A stretch of DNA of 64,000 bases from Chrysomallon squamiferum (lineage: Eukaryota; Animalia; Mollusca): assembly GCA_012295275.1 (NCBI GenBank), contig CM022673.1:25606001-25670000 (forward strand). The letters are read 5' to 3'. Every line of letters begins with the position of its first letter. The first letter of the stretch is position 1. The notes under the pieces were generated by a model. That model made no database searches and was not told where the DNA came from. It saw only the letters and a program-made list of their open reading frames with translations. Position numbers and translations under genes: made by a program. Positions 1 through 16,398 of this stretch are shown here, one piece after another.

Positions 1-296
1 ATAATAGCGTGCATGTATGATATGGTTGATTATATATATATATGTCACACAAAAAGTAAATGTACATGCAAAATAAAAGTTATTTCACGGTAAATTTAAA
101 TATTATGCACATACACATCACCGTAACTAGACTCTTTTTTGAAATGAGGCAAAAAAAACACTTTTTAAATTTGGGGGCCGCTTATGTCGGTAGACTGCAA
201 ACGGTAACCGTAGTCATAAACGAATTCATTCAGCGGATATCGTTTCTATGGGAATAGAGATTAATATTTTTTATATATTTTTTTAATTAAAATCTT

Positions 297-342
<46 letters not shown>

Positions 343-1188
343 TTTTGAGAGAAAAATTAAAATTATATAAATAATAATAAAAATCGTTATAATTTCGGTA
401 TCTACGTACAAAACATACAGGTCTTGGAAAGGCGATCCATATTGCAATTATTAAGTTTAAAACTACATGTACGACCTCAGTTTTCATAACAGACAGTACA
501 AATCTTCATGTTTTTTTTTTTTAAAGACCAGTTTCAGTTGTGGTAGAGATTATTGACATGTACATGTTTGTTTTTGAAAATATTTCTTCTTTTCAAATAG
601 CTTCTAGTTATTTGGCTTTGCGATCCTTTTTCAGCCTCCTTCAACCACATTTCCAGTTAAACTTTTATTATATAAAATATATATTGTGAAATAATTATTT
701 TTTTAAAAAAGTAACATGTAACATTCTTCAAGAATTTACACTTTGTGAATTCGTTTATTTCGCTTCTCTCCCCTAGACTGTCTTTTAGAGAAATTACACT
801 TCCTTTCATTTGATATATATATGTCTTTCAAAAACTTGTGAAATATATCGTCATATAGCATAACCCTGTTTATATATGCGTTCTAAATTATTTCTAAAAT
901 ATAACATTAATGGGATAGACATGATAGTGAAAGACTGAAAACAATTATTATATTTAATATAACATTTTTTATTCAAGATCAGATCGAATCCTTTATTCGT
1001 TGAACAAGAGAGAACTCGGAGGTTGTCTATGTCGATGTCTCGGGAACAGCTTCGGTGGTGACAGGTTTGCCTGTTGTCACTCGATCAGCATCTAAAACAG
1101 AGAAAAAACACATATTACTCTTTTATTTCTCCGTGCAGATGCGGGTCTTGTTTTATTTATTCATCACTTTATCTTTGCTTGTATGCAA

Positions 1189-2293
1189 CTAATATATTTC
1201 ATCAGCTCTTTTGCTTCTACCTCTTTTCGGTGCTTCCTGCTCCGATTCTTCTTCCTTCGTCAGTTCCTCTTCGAGTTTTTCTTCTTCACTTTCCTCTTCA
1301 GAAAGTTCTTCGGCTACCTCTTTGGCTGCTTCTTCTATGTCTTGTTTATTTTCTGCATCGGCTTCGTCAATTTCTTTGTCCTGACCTTCCATCACTTCTT
1401 TCAGAGCATCGCTGACCATGGTGTCAATGGTGTCCGCTGCTTTGGTCAGCGCCTGGGCAGCCTCGGTTTCTTTCCTCTGAGCGAGAACATTCCCCAGCAG
1501 TCTCAGGTCGTCTGACATATCCACCAAGTCTGAGCTAGACATGTCATCCAGACTGTCATCATCCAGCACTTCACCCAGATCAGTGTCGTCGTCTATCATG
1601 TCCAATAAAGAATCATCATCATCGTCATCATCATCGTCATCATCCTCCAAAGCTGCCAAAAGCAAAGCATCGGATTCTCCATCGTCATCAGCGCTTAACA
1701 GCGTGTCTATCTCTGCACCATCATCGCAAGATCCTTCTGAATACAAAGAATCGTAAAACAGTTTGGATTAACATTACAGGAATGAGTGAACGAGCGTTTA
1801 TTACATTATTATTATCATTATTATTATTATAATTATTATTATTATTATTATTATTATTGTTATTTGGTGCATAATAATAATAATTGTTGTCCTCTTCACG
1901 CCTCTCTCACTTTTCGATCTTCTGTGTCTTGTTTATTTTCTGCATCAGCTTCATCTATTTTTTTAGTAGCTGTGATTTTTGTCTATGAACCGTCCCTGAA
2001 TAGTGTATCAAATATTGCACAATTACTATCCGATACGTTTGCTTTAGTAAAAACATTCGACAAAATCTTTATTATCAGTGGTTGTAATTCTTTGCAACTG
2101 ACCTTCTCTGAAAATTCATTATGTAATAACTAATCTGAGAAGCATTGAAATGGAATCGGCAAGAAAGTATTATTATACTTTATAAAATAAAATAAAATAC
2201 TTGGAAATTAGACTTACCCCCATCATTCACTGTAATTTTGTAGCCGAAAGCTGTTGTTGCCAAAAGACACAGAAGAAAGACACAAAATTTCAT
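1189..2293 (-). CDS. Secreted Asp/Glu-rich acidic protein, paralogue A (~207 aa; biomineral/shell matrix-like)
   Basis: Coding exons 2293-2218 (MKFCVFLLCLLATTAFG|YKITVNDG: signal peptide, phase-1 donor GTAAGT) and 1736-1189 (acceptor ttgtattcag; E-GSCDD..., poly-Asp tract, helical middle, Glu-rich tail, TAG). Non-coding exon 1 ends at 3007 (AAG|GTAATT). A terminal exon starts at 1091 (ttttag|) with AATAAA at 973-968. If the weak donor at 1220 is used, the C-terminus becomes ...PKR-DADRVTTGKPVTTEAVPETST*. Function is inferred from composition only. Confidence 0.85.
1896..2107 (-). pseudogene. Decayed or alternative homologous exon inside intron 2 of acidic protein A
   Basis: Acceptor aattttcag| at 2107 in the same phase 1. 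Translation: EKVSCKELQPLIIKILSNVFTKANVSDSNCAIFDTLFRDGS*TKITATKKIDEADAENKQDTEDRKVREA*. IDEADAENKQD is identical to exon 3 of paralogue A. In-frame TAG at 1985-1983. Confidence 0.7.
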
Positions 2294-2356
2294 CTGTAAA
2301 CAAAAACGTACTTATGTATATACATGTCTCTCTGCCCATTTCAGTATGTATGTATG

Positions 2357-2390
<34 letters not shown>

Positions 2391-2452
2391 TAGATATAAG
2401 CAATTCCTTATTTCTTTCTTTCTTTCTTTTTGTATTGTTGTTGTTATTATTG

Positions 2453-2487
<35 letters not shown>

Positions 2488-3006
2488 GCTAATTTATTAA
2501 CTGTTGATTTATTTATTTTATGAGATTGATTTAAATACAAGAACGATGTTCTTCAAACTAGGCTTTCTTCAGCTCTTTGGTTCTTTCCTAGTTATGTTCT
2601 AATTTATTTTCCTGTAACTACGTTTAAAGATACCGGTTGGTGTCTAGGTTTTTAAAAATAAAATAACAGTCTATGCGTGTATATATAACATTCTGTTAAT
2701 TCACTTCTATGTTTAGTTATCAGTGATACTGACTGTTTAATGTGGAGATAACTAGTTTATGTCTATGTCATTAACATCATCACAAATCAAAAGTATTTAG
2801 GAAACTATTTTAAAAAGAAAGAAAGAAAATATTTGAACTGTAAAATAAAATTGTTCTTGAAATAACACTGAAATAGTTAAGGTTAAAAAATGTCAGTTTC
2901 TCTTTACAGTAATATTAAAATAATTTAACTAAAATTACTTTTATCTAGTTTTGAATTAACCAAAAAAAAAAAAAAAAAAAATTATTATTATAAAATATTG
3001 AATTAC

Positions 3007-3330
3007 CTTGTTCGTTGAGGTAGATGCTATAAATTTGCTGACTGAAGTGATGATGATGTTAATGTCCAAGAAGAGGTGTTTTTATAAGAACTAACATGTT
3101 AATTGGCTAACAGCTGTTTCTAGTAATGAATTCATACCGAATATCCAATGAATTATTTTACATTTAATTTACATTGGTCAGGTAATTTATATTCATAATA
3201 TCCTTTACTGCTTTTAAGAGTAGATTACTGCATTGTTTCACAGTTATAACATTATCATAAATAGCTTCATAGTGTATTTATATAGTATTTAAATTTCCCA
3301 ATGAAAGAACAGCATTAATAATGACGATAT
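3007..3330 (-). promoter_or_regulatory. TATA promoter and non-coding exon 1 of acidic protein A
   Basis: TATAAAAA at 3086-3079, Inr-like TCAGT near 3045, donor after 3007. The upstream block ctaacatgttaattRgctaacagctgtttctagtaatgaattca is nearly identical in paralogue B (7750-7800). Confidence 0.75.
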
Positions 3331-3848
3331 GATGATGTAAACAGAAAAATCTTCTTTGTCGCTTCTGCATTCATTTTGATGATACAACACGAACAAACAC
3401 CAAAAGCAGCGTTATGATTAAGGTTTGTAATACATGTGTTTAAAAACAAATATTTTGAATTGTTTTTCTTTTATTATTGGCATTTAGAATTTTGCCGGTA
3501 GATAGATTTTCAAAACGTAAATAATAGTTTTCAATGCGGATACCTAACAAACACTTCATGTTGTTTCAAAACGAAATTCAACTATTTACATTTGTAACTG
3601 AAATTTCATGAAAACAATTAACTACAACTTCCATTACTGCTATTGCTATTACTTCTATTTAACAGTATTATTGATTTATTTATTTATTATCGCTCTTATC
3701 GACTTCATGACCATCATTATTTAGCAGGCTACAAACGCATTTAATTTATTTTTGCTGATATTTCATCTTTTCAAATAACACTTTTTTCTTTGTCTTCCGC
3801 AAACCTTTATACCAGACTTTCCGTGATGCTTGTACTGTACATAAAACA

Positions 3849-3887
<39 letters not shown>

Positions 3888-5314
3888 CTTAATAATAACA
3901 GAAGAAGAAGAAGAAGAAGAAAGAACAAAACACATGAAAAAAATGGTTCTTTGAAACGTTTTAATATAATCGTTCGAATGGCGATACATTCTGAAATTTC
4001 TAAAATGTCAGATGGCCTAGCCTTTTAAAATTTCGCCTCGGTGGCCATTTTCTCCAGTGAGTCTCTATATGGTTTATAACAATTCAGTGTTTTTGTCATA
4101 AACGTTGGTCGAGTTATCAAATAAAAAAATTTATTTCATCATTTCACCCTAACTGGACAGCAGTGCTGAAAATATTCCGATAAATTTAAATAAATCATCA
4201 TTTTCCAAGATGGCTGCCATCCATTATCGAGCTGTGCTACACAGTTTGTACAGTATATTTGTCTTAAATTATATTTAAAACCATCAAGGGTTTCAACTGA
4301 TTATTCTTTACAAATTATGATGGTATTAAAAGTTATTTATAAAAAAAAATAATTTGTATATTCAGAATCCAAGATCATTACGAAGTTTGGTAATACATTT
4401 CCGGCAAAAAATTCCTATTGATAAAAACAATCACTTATAGACATTATAATCTCGGCCTCTTCTGCTTTGCTTGCTTTAATTCAAACTGGCATTGAAAAAA
4501 AAAAAAAAAAAAAAAAGGACTACATTCAGCGTGTTTTGTGCAAGTAAAAAAAAAAAAAGTCTATCTTATAAAAATGTCATGAGCAGAATATATCTGATAT
4601 GAAAGATGATATTCTCAAACAATATGATCTTCGCTTACTACATGTAGCCGCAATAAATTAACCTAGATTTACTAAATTCGATACAAAGACAATAGTAGCA
4701 CGTACAAAGTGTTGTATTCGGAGTAGACAGATTGGTGTTATTACGACTGTTAATACTGTAATGACATTCGTTGACAGTGTGGAAGGTTATCTGAACTTTT
4801 CTACTAAGAGATGATCAAGGACGATGCAGTAAAGAATGAAATAACAGATGACAATGGACTTCGCTTAAGTCTCTTTAACTGCCCTTGCTAAGCCTAAAAT
4901 TTTATTATATCAAAGAAATTCATTTAGATACAGCTAATTAGAAAATTAACCCAGTTTAGCATTGAAAAAGCATCTGTCATATTTCTTTTTCTCGTCTGAA
5001 AATAGGTTTCATATCTTTTTAATCTGATTTCTCCAAAAAAAAAAAAAAAAATTGTCTTAGTTGCAGTTATCTTGGGAAATGAACTCCATTTAGAAATCTT
5101 ACGTTAATTTTTAATACAGTTAATTCAGCAGTATTTCACTTACAGAAAACAACACTGAATGTATTTTTGATTCGCTACCTTTGAGGAATTTCTATGCTGA
5201 TGTTGGTATATTTTGTGGCATTATCGACTCATATAAAATATTAACAAAATCTTCTTATAGGACTATTTTAAAAAAAAAAAAAAAAAAAAAGATAATTAAA
5301 GAAATATTTCAAAA

Positions 5315-5374
<60 letters not shown>

Positions 5375-5976
5375 TTCAAAATCAAATAGACACCATCTTC
5401 AAAATGGCTGCCATGCACAAATTTGTATCGACTTTTTTTTTTTTTAAATTATTATTATTTTTTTTTTTAGTGCTACTAATCATCTTGGAAAATGGCTACC
5501 ATACTGAACTTTTTCAAACTACTAGGACATTTTTATTTTATAACCATTTTTATAACATTTGCAGTTTTTTAGCTGCATCACTATTCGAATAATTCTCCCA
5601 AACACTGTTAATAGTTATTTCGCTTTTCTCACCAAACTGTTTTCACAGAAGCTGTAATTCTTTCATTTCATTCGATGTATTAAGTCTTACACAGACTTGT
5701 GAAAAATAACACAAGTAAACCTAATCATATAGCTGTATAATTTTTCTGTTTTCTGTTTCATTACAAATAATTACTGAAGTCAGACAGACAGGACAGTGAA
5801 ATATTAAAACAAACAAATTATTATTTTAAAACAAAATTTTATTCGAGTTAAGATTTAATTTGTTAATTCGTTTGTTGATGTCGGTTGCCGGTCGGGAATG
5901 GATTGTCATCATGTCATCTACGTCTAAAACAAATAAAAACAATACATTACAAACAACACGACAATAATATATTCTA

Positions 5977-6036
<60 letters not shown>

Positions 6037-6356
6037 TATAATAGTAATTATAATAATGATGTTTGATTTATTTTTTTTTTTGTCTTTTTTAGTTTTCTTT
6101 CTTTTTTTTTTTTTTCTTTTTTTCTTCTTTTTTTTAGACATTTACCTAAACATAAATGAGAAGCTCTTGTAGCAAAAACGAATAGAAATAGAACTAGTAA
6201 CGACAACATTGGTCATGATTGTTGCTGTCCTGGTGATAATAATAGTAATAGCGGTGGTTGTTATCGCTCTGCTTTTGAAAATAGATTTTTAACTATTTAA
6301 TTTATTTTAATTTTATTTTATAAATTAAAATATATATATATATATACTTTTTCAGT

Positions 6357-6963
6357 CTAATCTTTCTTCTCCTCCTCTTCTTCTTTTTTCAGTTCTTCGT
6401 CAAGTTGTTTCTCATCGCTTTCATCTTGAGCGATTTCTTCGGCTACTTCTTTGGCCGTTTCTTCTATATCTTGTTTATTTTCTGCGTTGGCTTTTTCAAT
6501 TTCTTCGTCCAGACCACTGGCCACTTCTTTCAGAGCATCGCTGACCATGGTGTCAATGGTGTCCGCTGCTTTGGTCAGCGCCTGGGCAGCCTCGGTTTCT
6601 TTCCTCTGAGCGAGAACATTTCCCAGCAGTCTCAGGTCGTCTGACATATCCACCAAGTCTGAGCTAGACATGTCATCCAAGACTGTCATCATCCAGCAAG
6701 TCACCCAGATCAGTGTCGTCGTCTATCATGTCTAATAAAGAATCATCATCATCGTCATCATCGTCGTCATCATCCAACGCTGCCAAAAGCAACTCATCGG
6801 AATCATCATCGTCGTCACCATCATCCATGTCGTCCATCAAAGCTTCCAGTTCTTCATCATCGCAGCTTTCCTCTGAACACAAACAGTTAGAATTTGAATT
6901 AAGAATAAAATACAGGAGTGGATGAATTAGTGTTTATTAGGTTGTTATTTATTATTAACATTA

Positions 6964-7006
<43 letters not shown>

Positions 7007-7433
7007 TTATTCATTATTCATTATTCATTACTATTATTTATTATTATTATTTATTATTATTATTATTATTATTATTCATTATGATTATTATTATTATTAG
7101 TCATTATTTATTATTATTGTTATTATCATCATTATCATTATTATTTTACATTACAGTGTGACAGATCATGAACAGAACTGTTTAAAAGGATGCGGAAATC
7201 ACTGAAGGTCTCATTTGAAAAGAATATCTTTTTAAATGCAACATTTCCCAAACAATAAAGCCAGTATCTTCACTATTCAATTACCAGTTATCTGTGAATA
7301 ATCTGACAAACACTGAAACTGAATCGGCAAGAAGAAATAACTGGACACAAGACTCACCTCCATCTTCGACTGTAATTCTGTACGCAAAAGCTGTTGTAGC
7401 CAACAGGGCAAGAAGTAAGATAGAAAGTTTCAT
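6357..7433 (-). CDS. Secreted Asp/Glu-rich acidic protein, paralogue B; 1-nt frameshift near 6680 (91 aa truncated as written, ~196 aa if corrected)
   Basis: Exon 7433-7358 MKLSILLLALLATTAFA|YRITVEDG (76 nt, same length as in A) and exon from 6872 (EESCDDEE...). B reads catccaagactg where A reads catccagactg, giving DDDSLG* at 6673. The rest of the homologous protein continues in another frame to TAG at 6357. Terminal exon from 5923 with AATAAA at 5843-5838. Confidence 0.8.
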
Positions 7434-7669
7434 CTGTAAACAAAGACGTATATTTTGCAGTAATTTGTTTTCTTACTTCTCTGATTTTTTAAAAATTTAT
7501 TTTGGTGAGATTTAAATTTCTGTGTTGTTTTCTTGAAATAATACTGAAATAAACTGAAAAGATTTCAGTTTCTCTTTAAAGTGATACTCAAATAATTTAA
7601 CCATAATACATGTATCTGCTCAGAACTTAAAACAAACATCGTCTAAATAAAGAAAAAATACTGAATTAC

Positions 7670-7960
7670 CTTGTTCGTCGAGGTAGATGCTATAAACTTG
7701 CTGACTGGAGTGATGATGATGTTGATGTCCAAGAAGTGGAGCTTTTATAAGAACTAACATGTTAATTAGCTAACAGCTGTTTCTAGTAATGAATTCACAG
7801 CTAATATCAAATTAAAGATTTTACATTTAATTTACATTACTGAGGTAATATATGTCCATAACATACTTCACTGATTTTAAAATTAGGTTTCTCTTTGTTT
7901 CATAGTCCGGACCATACCTTCATTTTTCTTTTATTCAGAGTTTAAGTTTGCTAATAAAAC
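7670..7960 (-). promoter_or_regulatory. TATA promoter and non-coding exon 1 of acidic protein B
   Basis: TATAAAA at 7749-7743, donor after 7670, strong similarity to 3007-3330. Confidence 0.75.
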
Positions 7961-8381
7961 AAAACCAAAAATGACACAAATAACAATACACTACAACAAC
8001 GACGACAAGAAGGAGAAGAAGAAGAAGAAGAAGAAGAAGAAGAAGAAGAAAAGAAGAAGAAAAGGAAGAAGAAGAAAAACAACAACAACAACATTACATA
8101 ATATTAATAAAAAAAATAATAATAATAATAATAATAATAACAATAACTGTATTCCTCATACTCATCTTAATAGTAGAATATTTTTCTTTGACACGTTTGC
8201 ATTCTTTACGACTATTAATAAATTTACAAAACTAGCGAAAACAAAATAAATATATGTGTGTGCATGCATGTGTGTCTGTGAATATCTGCGTGTGCGTACA
8301 GACATATAGATAGATAGCATACAGGCAGAGAGATATATTTTTTCTTTTTTCTTTATTATTATTATTGTTTTTATCGTTACG

Positions 8382-8420
<39 letters not shown>

Positions 8421-8813
8421 GTTGTTATTATTATTATTATTATTTTTGTTGTTGTTGTTGCAGTTATATTTATATTTTTTGCGGACAGAAATATTTAAAA
8501 ATAGATTAGTAATATTTTACATTGTTGACAGCTCTCGGAATTATGTTACCTTACAAACGTGTTTAAAATAGTTCAGTATTTAATAACTGTGTGGGTTTGT
8601 ATTATAATTTTAAAACAGAGATTTTATCTCTCACCATAATTATAATTACACTGAGGCGTTTTCCGATGGGAATAAAGTTTCATTTCAGAGCAACAGGTTG
8701 TCAGTGAATATGAAATAAAACAAGTATCCAGTTCCCTAATCAAATTCATTTGTGTTCATTTGTATATTTTAACAAACAGCAGTGCCCTTTCGGTCAAAAA
8801 CTCGTAGATACAA

Positions 8814-8815
<2 letters not shown>

Positions 8816-8878
<63 letters not shown>
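8816..8878. repeat. (CT)n microsatellite, one example of the many (TAA)n, (TA)n, (CA)n, (GA)n and (GAA)n tracts in the window
   Basis: Directly visible. Similar tracts at 298-338, 5315-5373, 5978-6035, 8014-8050, 10144-10240, 10693-10797, 11494-11560, 12381-12445, 41185-41228. Confidence 0.95.
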
Positions 8879-8881
<3 letters not shown>

Positions 8882-9588
8882 CACACAAACATGCATTTAC
8901 GTGCAAACATAAGCCCTTTTTCTCTTTAACACTTACATATAAAATATATTCATTTACACACATAAATAAAAACACGCACATACTTTTAAAATATTAAAGG
9001 AAGTCTAATCACCTTCTTTATTATAATGAGCAGAAATAAAAAAACAAAAAAAAAAGATACTATATCAGTATAATAAAAAAAAATAAGTGGGAATAATCCT
9101 AAAACGATTAGATAAAGCAGTTAACAAAAAGAATAAATTTTATATTTGTTAATATTTCAAGGTTTCTAAGTGCAGTTTAAAATTAAGTTTTTGTAAAAGT
9201 GTTCTTAAAGACACAACAGCTGAAGATAAAAACTTAATTCCCAGACTGATAGAGACTAAATTATTTTTTCTTGTAAGAAATAGACTTTGTCGATGTTTTC
9301 AAAGAAATTTAAAAATAATTTTCAGTAGAATTCATTCTAAACATTAGTTCTCTCTCTTTCACTCTCTCTGTCTCTCGCTTTCTGATTTTTCTGTCTCGTT
9401 CTCTCTTGTTTTATCTCTCTGTCTCCCTCACTGTCTCTCTCTCTAGCTTTATCTCTATCTCTCACACATTCTCTCTCTCTCTATATATATGTATCTGATA
9501 TACACTGAGTCAGTCATTCTTTGCAAGTCTACTATTTTCCTGTTTTCCTTAGAAAACGTGACACTACTGTACTGTCTGTTCTTGTACC

Positions 9589-15735
<6,147 letters not shown>

Positions 15736-16398
15736 TAAATCAATGTTCAAATTCGTTTTCCTTTGAATTTTAAATGTATGCATAACATAGTAATGTCATA
15801 TCACTTACGAGAAACCGTATTTTGGTAGGTTTTACTTTATGAATATTTGGATTATATTCTCAGATGATTTTATAACATGAATACAATGAGTTATTATTCA
15901 CATCTTTCTACAATACTTTTTGTAATGTCTACAAAATATAAGAAAAAAAAAAAAAAAAATGTTTTCAGTTTTGCAATACCCAATATGACTTGCCCACTTG
16001 AATAATCCATATCCATGAATACATTAGTATAAATATACCTCAAACAATAATTAACATTTCCAATTTTATATTAATTCAAAAACAAAACAAAACCAAATAG
16101 ATATGAAATTTTTATGTAGACATGATTAAATACGTGATAAATTCACACATCTGGTCAACAGACAAACGATGTCTAAATCTAAATACATGATTATCAGAGG
16201 GTCTAGCCCAGAACAGTTGTCCTTGAAAGCAAGCAAACAAAAATCATCCATTCAGGTCCTGACTTCAGCATCATTCTAAATCACAAATACACACTGACAA
16301 AATGGTTTTCAATGTTTTCTTTGTTGTAGTACTTCAGTTATTTGGGGTTTTTTTTTTTTTTTTTTTTTTCTAGTTTTCTTTCCATTCCTAAAGATGAA

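Noticed and set aside
1074-1756. Plus-strand Phe/Ser-rich ORFs over the acidic genes (also 6405-6925)
   Set aside because: Antisense readings of GAA/GAT-rich codons. The signal-peptide exon, splice sites and TATA box are all on the minus strand.
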